Shown in pieces: positions 28,646 to 39,933 of a stretch of DNA of 64,000 bases. The position numbers were made by a program, and so were the translations under genes. Under the pieces are notes generated by a model that did not search any database, was not told the DNA's origin, and saw only the letters and a list, made by a program, of their open reading frames with translations. The first letter of the stretch is position 1, and each line of letters starts with the position of its first letter. The stretch lies in the NCBI GenBank assembly GCA_965219345.1, contig OZ244732.1, forward strand, positions 864,001 to 928,000, in the 5' to 3' direction. This DNA is from Nitrosopumilus sp. (GTDB taxonomy: Archaea > Thermoproteota > Nitrososphaeria > Nitrososphaerales > Nitrosopumilaceae).

Positions 28646-30094
28646 ATGCCTGCTACAACTCCAAAAAAAATTGGAGAAAATCAATATCAAATTGATGCTG
28701 ATTCTAATCTTGGAATGAAAGTTCCTGTAAGGATCTATGCTGATGAACCCTTACTGCAGAAAATGTTATCCGATAGAACAATTATGCAGGCACAAAATGT
28801 TTCTTGTATTCCTGGAATACTTGGCCAAAGTATTGTTTTACCAGACGGTCATGAGGGTTACGGATTTCCAGTAGGCGGTGTTGCAGCCATGGATGCTGAA
28901 GAAGGAATGATCAGTCCAGGCGGTGTTGGATATGATATCAATTGTGGAGTTAGATTACTTCGTTCAAATTTAACTGAACAAACAGTTCGTTCAAAACTAA
29001 AAGAACTTGTAACTGATCTTTTTAGCTCTATTCCTTCGGGAGTTGGTTCTAAAGGCGCAATTAGACTTAGTCCTTCAGAACTTGATGAAGTTTTGGTAAG
29101 AGGAGTTAGTTGGGCAATTGATCATGGTTATGGTTCATCAGATGATTCTGATGTTTGTGAAGAGAATGGTCAAATTCCAAATGCTGATCCAAACAAAGTT
29201 TCTGACAAGGCAAGAAAAAGAGGAGCTCCTCAACTCGGAAGTTTAGGTTCTGGAAATCATTTTCTTGAAGTGCAGAAAGTTGCAGAAATTCATGATGAAG
29301 AAGCTGCAAACAGAATGGGAATTAAAGAAGGAACTATTACAATTTTGGTTCATTGTGGATCTAGAGGATTTGGTCATCAAGTGTGTAGTGACTATCTTAG
29401 AGTTGCAGAACAGGCAATGGGAAAATATGATATCAATTTACCAGACAGAGAACTTGCATGTGTTCCAAATAATTCTGAGGAAGGTGAATCTTACAGAAAA
29501 GCAATGTTTGCAGCGTTAAATTTTGCGTGGAGTAATAGACAAATGATAACTCATTGGACTAGGAAATCTTTTGAACGTGTATTTAATCAAACAGAATCTG
29601 ATCTTGATATGAAATTAGTTTATGATGTTGCTCATAACATTGCAAAAGTGGAAAAACACAAAGTTGACGGAAAAGAACGGAATGTAGTTGTTCATAGAAA
29701 AGGAGCAACACGAGCTTTTCCTGCAAACCGTGATGAAATACCTTCAAGATATCGTGATTTGGGACAGCCTGTTTTGGTTCCAGGCTCTATGGGGACTGCA
29801 AGCTGGATTTTGCTTGGACAACCCAATTCTATGGATTTGAGTTTTGGTTCAACTGCACATGGCGCTGGAAGAACAATGTCTAGAACAAAGGCTAGGAGAA
29901 ATTACACAGAGGATGACGTCAAAAAATCTCTTAATGATAAGGGCATATTTATCAAGGCGTTAACCAGAGATGGGATTGTGGAAGAGACTCCTCAAGCATA
30001 CAAGGATGTTGATGCTGTAGTGAATGTATCTCACAATCTAGGAATTGCCACAAAAGTAGCAAAATTAGTGCCTATAGGTGTGATTAAGGGTTGA
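28646..30094 (+). CDS. rtcB: RNA-splicing ligase RtcB
   Basis: PDGHEGYG, DINCG, GNHF, HRKGAT, HGAGR. Confidence 0.97.
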   Translation: MPATTPKKIGENQYQIDADSNLGMKVPVRIYADEPLLQKMLSDRTIMQAQNVSCIPGILGQSIVLPDGHEGYGFPVGGVAAMDAEEGMISPGGVGYDINCGVRLLRSNLTEQTVRSKLKELVTDLFSSIPSGVGSKGAIRLSPSELDEVLVRGVSWAIDHGYGSSDDSDVCEENGQIPNADPNKVSDKARKRGAPQLGSLGSGNHFLEVQKVAEIHDEEAANRMGIKEGTITILVHCGSRGFGHQVCSDYLRVAEQAMGKYDINLPDRELACVPNNSEEGESYRKAMFAALNFAWSNRQMITHWTRKSFERVFNQTESDLDMKLVYDVAHNIAKVEKHKVDGKERNVVVHRKGATRAFPANRDEIPSRYRDLGQPVLVPGSMGTASWILLGQPNSMDLSFGSTAHGAGRTMSRTKARRNYTEDDVKKSLNDKGIFIKALTRDGIVEETPQAYKDVDAVVNVSHNLGIATKVAKLVPIGVIKG

Positions 30095-30507
30095 GCAAAG
30101 AAGATTCTGAACTTGAAAGACTAAAGGCAAAACGACTCGCTGAAATGCAAAAAAATATCTCCTCAAAACAAGAAATTGAAAAAACTCAAGGATTCAACCA
30201 AGAAAAACCTGTAGAAAATCCACGAGATTTACTCGTTAACATATTGGGATTTCGAGGATTAGAAGTTTTAGAAAACGCGGAATCTCAATTTCCCAATGAA
30301 ACCAAAATTATTGTAGAAAAATTATCTGAATTGCTTCAAACAGGTGAAATTAATGAAATTATTGACGGAGGAAAATTATTGACATTATTTAGATCAGCTG
30401 GACTAAGTATTAGAATGGCAACAAAAATCAATGTTGAACAAGATGGAAAATTTGTCTCTTTAAGTGACAAACTTAGTACCAAGTCATCTAATGACAGTGA
30501 CGAATAA
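30091..30507 (+). CDS. PDCD5-like dsDNA-binding protein
   Basis: DSELERLKAKRLAEMQ N-terminus. Confidence 0.8.
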   Translation: MSKEDSELERLKAKRLAEMQKNISSKQEIEKTQGFNQEKPVENPRDLLVNILGFRGLEVLENAESQFPNETKIIVEKLSELLQTGEINEIIDGGKLLTLFRSAGLSIRMATKINVEQDGKFVSLSDKLSTKSSNDSDE

Positions 30508-30818
30508 TGAGTGTGGTTCTAGAAGTTGGAACAAAAAATTATGTCGATGATTTACTATCAATTAAAAAAGCGCTTTCACATATGGAAAGTCTTGTAGGAG
30601 GTTATAATGGATATGTTCTTAGTGAACCTTCATCAAAGTTTGGCTGGACATTTTTTAAATTGGCTTTTAAACCTAATTTACAAAATGGCATAGAAGAAAA
30701 ATTTTCTGACATGTTGGTAAAATATCAAACTAGTGATCAACCACAAAAATTTGTAAAATTTATGACAGATTATTTTCATTCTAAAGGCTGTGACGTAAGA
30801 ATAAAGATGGTTGACTAG
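30507..30818 (+). CDS. Conserved hypothetical protein
   Basis: Coupled ORF in the rtcB operon. Confidence 0.72.
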   Translation: MSVVLEVGTKNYVDDLLSIKKALSHMESLVGGYNGYVLSEPSSKFGWTFFKLAFKPNLQNGIEEKFSDMLVKYQTSDQPQKFVKFMTDYFHSKGCDVRIKMVD

Positions 30819-31342
30819 ACTCTTCTTCCTCTTTTTCCACCTTTCTTTCTAGTGGTATCATGAGGAATGGGTGTTACATCATCAATTCTTCCAATCTTAA
30901 ATCCACCTCTTGCTAATGCTCTAATAGCAGCTTGCGCACCTGGACCAGGTACTCTAGAACCAACTCCCCCTACTGCACGAACTCTGATATGAAATCCATC
31001 GAATCCTTTGTTTCTTGCAGATTCAACTACTGAATTTGCAGCTTTCATTGCAGCAAATGGTGATGACTCATATCTGTCAGCATTAACATGTATTCCGCCA
31101 GAACTGATGGAGACAGTTTCTCCACCGGTAAGATCAGTCAGGTGAATAATTGTATTATTGTAACTACTGTAAATGTGAACAATTCCCCATTTTTCAGGAC
31201 CTTCTTTTTTTGCCTCTGGTTGAGATTTTACTTCTTCTTTAGCCTCAGATTTAACTTCCTCAACCGGTGTTTCAGTCTCCTCAACTACTGCTTCGGTCTC
31301 TTCTGTTGCCACTTCCTCAACTTTGACTTCAATTTCTGACAA
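30815..31342 (-). CDS. rps11: 30S ribosomal protein S11
   Basis: [29 protein letters not shown]; acidic N-terminal extension; TTG start inferred. Confidence 0.96.
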   Translation of the reverse strand: MSEIEVKVEEVATEETEAVVEETETPVEEVKSEAKEEVKSQPEAKKEGPEKWGIVHIYSSYNNTIIHLTDLTGGETVSISSGGIHVNADRYESSPFAAMKAANSVVESARNKGFDGFHIRVRAVGGVGSRVPGPGAQAAIRALARGGFKIGRIDDVTPIPHDTTRKKGGKRGRRV

Positions 31343-31459
31343 TGAATACTCACATCTTAAAGGGTTTAAAAAACATTGATTTTCCAATCTTGACTAAATT
31401 TGGTCACTTGGCATGAAATTAATGATTATTCATATACTGTTTTTAATTGAATTTTCTTA

Positions 31460-31780
31460 ATGACACCAATTCTTCTTTTAGCTATTGGAATTGTTATTGC
31501 AACTGCTTTACTAGGATCTATGGCATTCCAGTTTCTAACACCGATCAATGATATGATTTTGTCTCCATTGGAACAAAAATGTCAACTAATTGCCAATGAA
31601 GGATATAAAATTCATACACTTTATCCTAATTCAAATCCTGATGAACTTCCTACAGCTGATATGAAACGATTGATATACCTAGATGAAAAATGGATTAAAG
31701 AATGTGTTTCTGTTCTTCCAGCTGATTCAATAATTAATATTGCAAATAATGTAGATCGAAATTTTTCTTCTGGAGAATAG
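31460..31780 (+). CDS. Membrane-anchored hypothetical protein
   Basis: N-terminal hydrophobic helix. Confidence 0.7.
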   Translation: MTPILLLAIGIVIATALLGSMAFQFLTPINDMILSPLEQKCQLIANEGYKIHTLYPNSNPDELPTADMKRLIYLDEKWIKECVSVLPADSIINIANNVDRNFSSGE

Positions 31781-32731
31781 TTATCTAAAATGTTTCCATC
31801 CTAAATCTTTCAAACGAACGTAACTGTTGTTCTCTTGAACAAAAACCCCTTTACCTGACGTGACATACCCAATTTCTATAATTGGCGTTTTAAGCAATCG
31901 TGCATTTTTTTTAATTATTTGTCTAAATTTGGGTGATACTGTAAATACAATCTCATATTCTTCCCCACCATGAAAAATTAATGTGTTCAAATCAAATTTT
32001 TGAGATTTCGCATAATATTGTAAATCTTTCATCGAAGGTATGTTGTTAATGACAAATTTCTTCTTACTCTGTCTTGACATTTCATTTAAAGTAGTAGATA
32101 ATCCATCACTTGAGTCCATTGTGGATGAAAAATATTTTTTATTTTTAATTCCAAAACTGAGTTTTGGTTTTGGTTTTACTACTAATTTAATGGATTTTTT
32201 AACGAAACTATCTTTTCCTTTTCTCTTACCAAGAAGCATATTCAATCCTGCAGAAGTATACCCAAATGGTCCAGTCACAAATATCAGATCCCCCTTTTTT
32301 GATCCTTTTCTATCAACTATTTTGTCGGTTTTTCCAAAAATACAGACATTAAACACAATTTCTTTGCCTGCGTTTGTATCGCCTCCCAGAATTGAAATAT
32401 CATACTCATCACATGCCTTTCTGAAACCTCCTGCAATCTCATCAATTTTTGAGCGTGAAATTGTCTTTGGCAGATTTACAGAAATAATTCCATATTGAGG
32501 CTTGGTGCCTTTTGCAGCAAAATCACTAACACATGCAACAACACTTTTTCTTGCGGCATCCGCTAATTTCATTTTAGATGGAATGTCAGTACTTTCTACA
32601 AGAGTATCTGTTTTTGCTACGATTTTGGTTTTGCCTAAATTGAAAATTTCCACATCTTCAGAAATAAATTTCTTGTTTCCTAATTTCCTCTGAAAAATTT
32701 TGATTATTGAAGATTCATCTAACTTGGTCAT
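31781..32731 (-). CDS. thiL: Thiamine-monophosphate kinase
   Basis: SDFAAKG, GGDT, DSSDGL, GGEEYE. Confidence 0.92.
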   Translation of the reverse strand: MTKLDESSIIKIFQRKLGNKKFISEDVEIFNLGKTKIVAKTDTLVESTDIPSKMKLADAARKSVVACVSDFAAKGTKPQYGIISVNLPKTISRSKIDEIAGGFRKACDEYDISILGGDTNAGKEIVFNVCIFGKTDKIVDRKGSKKGDLIFVTGPFGYTSAGLNMLLGKRKGKDSFVKKSIKLVVKPKPKLSFGIKNKKYFSSTMDSSDGLSTTLNEMSRQSKKKFVINNIPSMKDLQYYAKSQKFDLNTLIFHGGEEYEIVFTVSPKFRQIIKKNARLLKTPIIEIGYVTSGKGVFVQENNSYVRLKDLGWKHFR

Positions 32732-34013
32732 AGCTTTGTTTCACTAGTTCTAATGTGTCTTTAATAATTTTTTTACACTTTTCTTCATTATTTGACTCTG
32801 CTGAAACTCTTATGAGATCTTCAGTGTTTGATTTTCTAATCAAAACCCAACTGTCCTCATCAATAATTCCCTTAATTCCATCCAGTGTACTTATTTCTGA
32901 ATACTCTTTTGAAAATTTAGAATCTACTTGTTCAATAACTCTGTCATGAAAATTTGAATCAACTTCAGCTTTTTCTCTTATTTGATAATAACTTTTCATA
33001 TAATTCAAAATTTCATCAAGTTTTGAGTTTACCAACATCGAAGAAATTAAACCACTGGTAAGAATTCCTTCTCTACAGTAATTGAATTCTGGTAAAATAA
33101 AACCTCCACTACTTCCTTCTCCTCCTGCTTGTGCATTGGTTTTTAACATAAGATCTATAACATTTGCTTCTCCCACTTTTGATCTTTGGACAGTACCTCC
33201 TTTCTCTGTGATGAATTTTTCAATCGAAATACTTGTGTCTATACTTAAAACAAATTTCTTGCATCCTAGTTCCAGAGTTTTTGCAACACCCAATCCTAGT
33301 GTAACATCTGGAATCTGCTTCTTTCCTTTTAAAACGACAACTAAACGATCTCCATCCAAGTCAAATGCAAATCCAATTTCTTTTTTATCGGATGCTAAAA
33401 TTAATTCAGATAATTCATCAGATGTTGGATCAGGACCTCTAGAGCATCCTGAAAGTCCTTCATTTATTACTTCAACCTTACATCCTATCTTTTTTAACAA
33501 ATCTGGTGCAAAACCTTTTGCGGCTCCTCCCCCAATGTCAACTACTATTTCTGGATGACTTTCGATATTTCCTATGATTTTTTCTGCATCATCAATATAT
33601 GATGATGATATATCCTGTTCAGTTCCGATTTTTGATTCTAAAATTTCTTGATGCTCAATAATTTGTGGTAATTCCCTTTCATTAACGCCTCTTCCCTCAA
33701 TAATGAATTTCATCCCATTCCAATTTATTGGATTGTGTGATGAAGAAATTACTAATCCAGCACCATACTTCCTTGCTTCTCTAAAAACCACAGGAGTTGG
33801 AACTGTTTCTAAATTAAATACATCAATTCCATTTTTCATTAATGCGGCAGTGGCAGTATCTTTCATCATGGAACCTGAAGGTCTAGTGTCTTTTCCAATC
33901 ACACATTTTTGTGACTTGATTAAAGATGAAAAATTATTACAAAAATGTAATACATCTTTTAGGTTAATATCTTCTCCAAATATCCCCCTGATTCCAGAAA
34001 TTGTTTTCTTCAA
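32715..34013 (-). CDS. Phosphohexomutase (PMM/PGM family)
   Basis: SGIRG, SSHNP, DLDGDR, GGEGSSG. Confidence 0.9.
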   Translation of the reverse strand: MKKTISGIRGIFGEDINLKDVLHFCNNFSSLIKSQKCVIGKDTRPSGSMMKDTATAALMKNGIDVFNLETVPTPVVFREARKYGAGLVISSSHNPINWNGMKFIIEGRGVNERELPQIIEHQEILESKIGTEQDISSSYIDDAEKIIGNIESHPEIVVDIGGGAAKGFAPDLLKKIGCKVEVINEGLSGCSRGPDPTSDELSELILASDKKEIGFAFDLDGDRLVVVLKGKKQIPDVTLGLGVAKTLELGCKKFVLSIDTSISIEKFITEKGGTVQRSKVGEANVIDLMLKTNAQAGGEGSSGGFILPEFNYCREGILTSGLISSMLVNSKLDEILNYMKSYYQIREKAEVDSNFHDRVIEQVDSKFSKEYSEISTLDGIKGIIDEDSWVLIRKSNTEDLIRVSAESNNEEKCKKIIKDTLELVKQSYDQVR

Positions 34014-34066
34014 CTAGTCCAACTCGGAAAGACTTTTTATTAACTCTGATGGACTTATCCAAACGT

Positions 34067-34140
34067 GCCTTGGTAGCTCAGTCTGGTAGAGCGAACGCCT
34101 CGTAAGCGTTAGGTCGCGGGTTCGTACCCCGTCCGAGGCT
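34067..34140 (+). tRNA. tRNA-Thr(CGT)
   Basis: AACGC-CT-CGT-AA-GCGTT arm; GCCTTGG/CCGAGGC acceptor stem. Confidence 0.93.
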
Positions 34141-34349
34141 TTATCTTGTAAAATTTTTAAAATTATCTAGAAAATTCTTAACTTATTCCACAAAGGTTTC
34201 AATGTCCATTTCTAACTCTTTTCCTAAACCTTCCCACCATTGTTTAGTCTGTTCTGTCATACTCCCCTCATACATAACGTACAATTCTCCTTTATAGATC
34301 TGTCGATTGAAAAACGCTTGATCACTTGATGATAAATTCTAAAATACCT

Positions 34350-34535
34350 CTAACTCTCTTTCTCTTCTTGCTTTCTTTTCCTTTTTCTATATATGAGAAT
34401 CATAAGAGTACCCCCTGCACAAATCCAAAATAACTCTGATGTCCCATTCCTAATGGTTGGTTCGAATACACCAACAAAACCCAATGTCATTATTGCTACA
34501 AGAACTAATCCCAACATTTCAAGCATTTTTGCCAT
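34350..34535 (-). CDS. Small two-TM membrane protein
   Basis: Two hydrophobic helices, basic tail. Confidence 0.65.
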   Translation of the reverse strand: MAKMLEMLGLVLVAIMTLGFVGVFEPTIRNGTSELFWICAGGTLMILIYRKRKRKQEEKES

Positions 34536-34598
34536 GATTTTTCTATTATCACTTTGGTAAAATCAAAAAGATATATGGTTTTGTAAATCTTACATTTT

Positions 34599-34811
34599 GT
34601 GGACAAGTATCTTCTAGTAATCCTAGTCTTTATGATTGTAGGCATACCAATATCGTTTGTATCCCCAACTACGGGAGAAATTCGAGAACAACCATTGATT
34701 CTATTATTTTATGCTTCCATTGGTGGAATATCCGTCATTGTAATTTACAGCTCCTATACAGAAAGAAAAGAACGACAAAAAGCAAATGCTAAAAGAAGAT
34801 CTAAGAAGTAG
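34599..34811 (+). CDS. Small two-TM membrane protein
   Basis: Two hydrophobic helices, basic tail. Confidence 0.65.
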   Translation: MDKYLLVILVFMIVGIPISFVSPTTGEIREQPLILLFYASIGGISVIVIYSSYTERKERQKANAKRRSKK

Positions 34812-34814
34812 ATT

Positions 34815-35096
34815 TTAAAGCTCTAAACCAAATGATTCTGCAATACTGGAGAATTTTACATAAGAGTCCAAGTATTGTCTACCTTTTGTAGTAATTACAA
34901 AAGTATTCTTACCGTCAAACTCTATTCTGTTGATTAGACCCGCACCGGTCAAATTATCTAAGAATTTAGATAATCTTGAATGTGATAAATTGGCCTTTGT
35001 TAGAAGAGATGTTGTTTTGATTCCTTGTTGTCCAGATTGTTCAGTAACAGTCAGTAAATCTGCAACAATCTGCATACTAGTTCTATAGGAAACCAT
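34815..35096 (-). CDS. Winged-helix transcriptional regulator
   Basis: YRTSMQIVADLL...ANLSH...ITTKGRQYL. Confidence 0.85.
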   Translation of the reverse strand: MVSYRTSMQIVADLLTVTEQSGQQGIKTTSLLTKANLSHSRLSKFLDNLTGAGLINRIEFDGKNTFVITTKGRQYLDSYVKFSSIAESFGLEL

Positions 35097-35180
35097 ACGT
35101 AATTTAGTAAAAAACTCAGATATAAGGGTATTACCATTCATTCAGATCAGATAAATTAGCTCTGTTCTGATTTTTCTGCA

Positions 35181-35765
35181 ATGGTTTCTCAATCAACTAT
35201 TCCGTGGTTTGATGACTTTATGGGCGTTGCTTATAGATACTATGACCTTAGAATGAATGTAATTCCTTTACTTACAGACAGAAAACAATCAGCATCTCTT
35301 TGGCATGATACTATTCATTGGTGGGTGGATCCATCAATTAAAATCCGATTTGTAGAAACTGGCGATAAGTACTGGTTTATCATGGGTTCAGATTCTCAAA
35401 AACCTACTTCTAACCTGTCCTTTTTTAAAGTGTTACAAAAATCTGAAAATTATGAACGATTCAAGAAAGGTCACGGAGGAGAAGCATATCTTCGATTAGG
35501 AGTATATGCAAAAAAATCACTTGGTGATGTCAAAAAGAACGCAAAGTGTAATTGTAGTCATGAAGCTAGAGATCATGATGAAGGAGATGATGATGTATGT
35601 CTGTACAACGACTGTGACTGCAAAAAATTTTCCAGTTTTCAAGTAAACTTACTGAAAAGAAAAAAAACGATTACTGATATTGCATTTTTAGAAGAAAAAG
35701 ACATTAAAGATGATCCTCTTACATGGAATTGTCTTAATGTAAATAAATATTCAAAATCAGAATGA
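35181..35765 (+). CDS. Hypothetical protein with Cys/His cluster
   Basis: CNCSH..H....C...CDC. Confidence 0.75.
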   Translation: MVSQSTIPWFDDFMGVAYRYYDLRMNVIPLLTDRKQSASLWHDTIHWWVDPSIKIRFVETGDKYWFIMGSDSQKPTSNLSFFKVLQKSENYERFKKGHGGEAYLRLGVYAKKSLGDVKKNAKCNCSHEARDHDEGDDDVCLYNDCDCKKFSSFQVNLLKRKKTITDIAFLEEKDIKDDPLTWNCLNVNKYSKSE

Positions 35766-35767
35766 AA

Positions 35768-35944
35768 TTAATCTAAGTGTTTGTTTACTCTGACATGTTC
35801 TCCTGGATAGTGTTCACCAAGTTTTTTTGAATAGCATTTTCCACATATTGAACCTTTCATCCCCCATTCTTCCATAGGATTGTAACGAAGTTGGATTTTT
35901 TCACTACAAATTACACATTTATCTTTTGATCCCAAAGTGTTTTT
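35768..35944 (-). CDS. Small zinc-finger protein
   Basis: CVIC...CGKC; start position uncertain. Confidence 0.7.
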   Translation of the reverse strand, partial: KNTLGSKDKCVICSEKIQLRYNPMEEWGMKGSICGKCYSKKLGEHYPGEHVRVNKHLD

Positions 35945-36096
35945 CCTCTTTTTAATCGATATAAAAAACATTCTGGAATAAATCGTATTCAAAAATTATG
36001 TTAAATATCACTTATTTGTATTGGATTTAGGTAGGCAGTCTGACCAATGTAAACCTCCTGCAAGATTTTTACTTGGTTGGGCTTCTACCTTCGAAT

Positions 36097-37848
36097 TTAA
36101 AATAAACTATTTGTTAGTTTTTTCAATGCTAACACCTCATCTTCTTCATGTCTAATTTTCTTATCAATCACACGAAGCATTGTGTTATTCCATACATGTT
36201 GAGAGAAGAAATTATGTTTCGTGTTAGCCAACTCAATTTCATCATCTACTACAGTATCTTCAAGAAATTTAGTCACAACTACATCTGTTAGCTTCAAAAT
36301 TCTGGAATTAAGTTTGAAGCTACGAAAAATGGGTTCTAATTTTCTTACATCCAACTTGAAATCTTCATTTGATTCAAGAATTTTTTTATGGAGTATTCTA
36401 AAATAAACCGCTACAAAAAATAATGTTGCATATCTTTTTGTTTTGTGACCTCCTTGTTTTCCATACTTTAATGATTTTTTTGCAAATTCTTTGACAAGAT
36501 ATGGATATAATAAAATTCTGTAATCATCTTTTAAATTATCATTGAAGATGTCGTCATATTTACTTCCTCTTGGAAGAAATTGTGCTGGTGAGCTATATGC
36601 TTCAGTTGGCCTTTGTTCAATTCCTGCAACTAGCGATTGAATTGCATCTTTAGCAACAATGACTTTCTTATGGTTATCCGGAAGATAGCTATTGTATGTT
36701 GCATCTCCTTCATATTCACACTGTTTTGATTTTGTTTTTGTATCAAAAGAACCTGCCTGAATCTCATAAAAATAGCCACAATTTTTTAATTGTGACTTGA
36801 TAGATTTATGAAAATCCATTAATGAAACTAGATCTTTTCCTCTCACTGAATTCTGAGAATTTCTATATTTTGTAATGTTATTTTGTTCTTCTTCATCATC
36901 TGCTTTGATTATTGTAACTGTCATGGAGCCTTCCATGTTTTTTATTCTCTTTGAATGATCAAGAATAGAATTTGATGTTTGGGCGCCATTAACAATTTGT
37001 GGAGCATGAAGCTCAATCAAATTCTCTCCTAATTCAATGAAATCATTCACTACGATGGTAATTCCATTATTATAATAGAAAAATTTGTTTGGATTACTTT
37101 GTAACGTTTCACGCAATCCTTTGTTAACTGTAGTCTTGAATTGCATCCATTGTCTAATGTTTGATTCAAAAACATAATCTCTATTCTTACTTACAAACTC
37201 AGTAAGTTCCCGTAACTTCAAAATTCCTAGTATGGTATTCTCATGTTTGAGCATTCTTTCCAGTTTAATTGAGGATTTTTTGCCTGCTGCAGGTTTTTTA
37301 ATTCTGTCCCATAATTTTTGAATTATTTCTTTCCCATCTATAATCTCAACAAATTCATCATCATACTCTACTTTTTGATCTGTAACATAGCAACATTTTA
37401 TCTTAAGGTTTTTTTCTTTAATTTTTGTAACAAGTTGAGCTAGTTCAGGTCTCATTTTTGTAACGTCTTTTGCAAGTAATCGTTTTACGTCTTCTTTGAA
37501 TTTGGCAATTGCTTCCAGTGAATGTGATGTGCCATATTTTGATTGGAATAATCTGATTGTATTATCTGAAAAATCTACTGGAAGATAGGCATCAATTCCA
37601 AGATCGTTTGCTCCATCAATAATTGCATCTGCTGCATCATCTTCAGTGGCCTCAAAAACTCTTGTTAACACCCATTGAAGAAAGTTATTTCCTTTCTCAA
37701 CATCACTTTTAGCATTTTCAGCATATTCTTGAATGCTTCCATGAACATTTTCTGCAAATCCTTCTAGAGGAATACTAGAATTTTTCTGTACTAGTAGAGT
37801 ATGTAAACCTGGTATGTATTCTAATAACCCATTTTTGTTTTGAGGCAA
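36097..37848 (-). CDS. AIPR family protein
   Basis: DGANDLGIDA, QSKY, NIR, FFYYNNGITI, QIVNGAQT. Confidence 0.9.
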   Translation of the reverse strand: MPQNKNGLLEYIPGLHTLLVQKNSSIPLEGFAENVHGSIQEYAENAKSDVEKGNNFLQWVLTRVFEATEDDAADAIIDGANDLGIDAYLPVDFSDNTIRLFQSKYGTSHSLEAIAKFKEDVKRLLAKDVTKMRPELAQLVTKIKEKNLKIKCCYVTDQKVEYDDEFVEIIDGKEIIQKLWDRIKKPAAGKKSSIKLERMLKHENTILGILKLRELTEFVSKNRDYVFESNIRQWMQFKTTVNKGLRETLQSNPNKFFYYNNGITIVVNDFIELGENLIELHAPQIVNGAQTSNSILDHSKRIKNMEGSMTVTIIKADDEEEQNNITKYRNSQNSVRGKDLVSLMDFHKSIKSQLKNCGYFYEIQAGSFDTKTKSKQCEYEGDATYNSYLPDNHKKVIVAKDAIQSLVAGIEQRPTEAYSSPAQFLPRGSKYDDIFNDNLKDDYRILLYPYLVKEFAKKSLKYGKQGGHKTKRYATLFFVAVYFRILHKKILESNEDFKLDVRKLEPIFRSFKLNSRILKLTDVVVTKFLEDTVVDDEIELANTKHNFFSQHVWNNTMLRVIDKKIRHEEDEVLALKKLTNSLF

Positions 37849-38279
37849 TCTGTTTTACTGATATGTTATATATTTAGAGAACTTGGTAATTATGTAATAA
37901 CTGTCGATTTTAGCAGATCAGGTCAAGTAATCGAAGCCCTTTAGATCTTGATTAATCTGAAGACTGATCTTTATAAACCCAAGATCCATACAGCTACATC
38001 CAGAAAATAGAGAGATTATTTTTAATCCCATTAAGTTAAAATAAAAAAAATACATTATAAGTTTTAAGTCGAGTCGATATGGATTCTGGGCGTTTTAGTC
38101 TAGAAATTAGACATATTTTCAGAACCTAATAGTTACTTCAAAACTCATGTATCATATGTTATATATGCTAATTCAAAGTCTTATTTTGGATGCTTTATGC
38201 GTAAAATATTAAAAAATTACTCCAACCCTATCATAAATTCGCACAGATCCTTTTAATACGTTTAGAAAAAAAACTATTC

Positions 38280-38702
38280 ATGAACACGGAGGCAACTCTA
38301 AAGGGAAACGTATTACATGATGTTGCTTTCATGGGATTACGAACTGCCATTGGAGTGATTTTCATTGTTCACGGAACAGCAAAGTTTGATCCAGGTTTTG
38401 CAGGGTTTCTTAGCGGTCCTCTTGGATTTCCACCAGAGATGCAAATCCCAATTGCATTGGCAGAAACGATTCCAGGAATATTGTTAATTATTGGAGTTTT
38501 AACTAGAATTTCATCCTCATTATTATCTATAGTAATGTTAGGAGCTATATTTTACGTAAAAGGAGCTACAAATCTCACAGGAGAAAAAGCATTTGAGCTG
38601 GACTTGATACTTCTTGCTGCAAGTTTAGTAATTATTGTTGCAGGACCCGGAAGAATATCAATTTCACATCTAGTTAGGAAAATTCCCAGATTCCTACAGT
38701 GA
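38280..38702 (+). CDS. DoxX family membrane protein
   Basis: LRTAIGVIFIVHG...G.LTR...GPGRIS. Confidence 0.9.
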   Translation: MNTEATLKGNVLHDVAFMGLRTAIGVIFIVHGTAKFDPGFAGFLSGPLGFPPEMQIPIALAETIPGILLIIGVLTRISSSLLSIVMLGAIFYVKGATNLTGEKAFELDLILLAASLVIIVAGPGRISISHLVRKIPRFLQ

Positions 38703-38774
38703 TTACTTTATTTAAGATGGTAAATTTGGGTTTCCTTTATTAAAATAATCACTTATTGTATAGATCTGTATTTC

Positions 38775-39033
38775 TAGGCGTGATAAAATCTACGAAAGCT
38801 ACACCCTTTTAATTTCCTTTTTGGAAAATTAATTTTTTGTATTTTATTTTTTCTAATCTCTAAGAAATAACCCTGTAGCTTTCGTAGCTTCTTCTAGGCA
38901 CAAATCCTCATCCTATCACACCATTTTACTACACCTCTGTAGCTGCTCACGCCTAAAAAAATTAACGAATTTCGTTTTTTTGTAGCTTCATGTAGCTGAT
39001 AGCGTAATACAATCTGTATGTGTTTGTGCCTAG
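38775..39033. repeat. Cluster of short direct and inverted repeats (origin/iteron-like)
   Basis: 14-bp perfect IR ctacgaaagctaca/tgtagctttcgtag, taggcgtga/tcacgccta, ctaggcacaaa/tttgtgcctag, six GTAGCT/AGCTAC. Confidence 0.6.
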
Positions 39034-39219
39034 TTTGGATTAGATTTGGATACTAGATACGATATTAATACTAAATTATGCCAAGCCTAAAAAAAGAAAA
39101 AATGAAAGTTATTCTATACATACTGCGTCAACAACAAAAAGCGATCTAAAATCTAATCTCTATCAAAATACATGATCGTCAACATTATGATAGCCATTCC
39201 CAGAAATAGGAATTACTTT

Positions 39220-39721
39220 AAGAAACACAAAAACAATACTGTTTGCTTCTTTGATTGCTGCGATGATTCTACTGTTTTCTGCAATGAGCTTTGCTCAAAC
39301 AGATACATCAGTAGATAATGAAACAAAAAATTATGTAAATAACAAGATCAACGAACCAAGTACAAAAAAGAATCAAACCACAACAAGTAGTTACGAATTA
39401 GAAAAACTCAAACTCGTAAGACAGTGGATTAATGCAAAGGAAAATGGTAATGATACAAGAACGCATGAACTAATGGAAAAAATAACACGAGATTTTCCAT
39501 CTGATGATGAATACACTAAAAGTGTAACAAATATGAGTTTAAACAACCCAACCACAAAAACAAATCCATTCGTACATTACATTGGTTCAACTGAAAAACA
39601 TTGGGATTGTCATAATGACTCTGATTTGTTAGGATACATATATAGTACAATTACCGGATACCATTCAGCAATTTACACTGTTACTAACATGCATTATCCA
39701 TATGAGGTTGGTTCTGGATAG
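39220..39721 (+). pseudogene. Truncated secreted protein with thaumarchaeal KTILFASLIAAMIL signal peptide
   Basis: Signal-peptide motif begins upstream of the called start and lacks an obvious ATG; ends abruptly. Confidence 0.55.
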
Positions 39722-39933
39722 AAATAACTGTTAAATTATTATTTAAACAGATTATTCTGTGCTTATTTATATGTGAACTAAAGTCTTAAATTATCATTTT
39801 GTAAAGTATTGGTGAAGGTTAAAACTAGCAAAAAACTTTGCTTCTTGTAACTCTTCCCGAGCTCCGAAAAATGAAGCCTTGTTTGACTCGAATGACAAGG
39901 CGGATTTTTATCTTAATTAATTATTGTAAACGT

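Noticed and set aside
30815-31342. rps11 separated from rps13-rps4
   Set aside because: rps11 sits in undisturbed core context; split ribosomal clusters are not unusual in this lineage.
36097-37848. AIPR gene as part of a new defence system
   Set aside because: It stands alone among core-like genes, with no adjacent methylase, nuclease or other partner.
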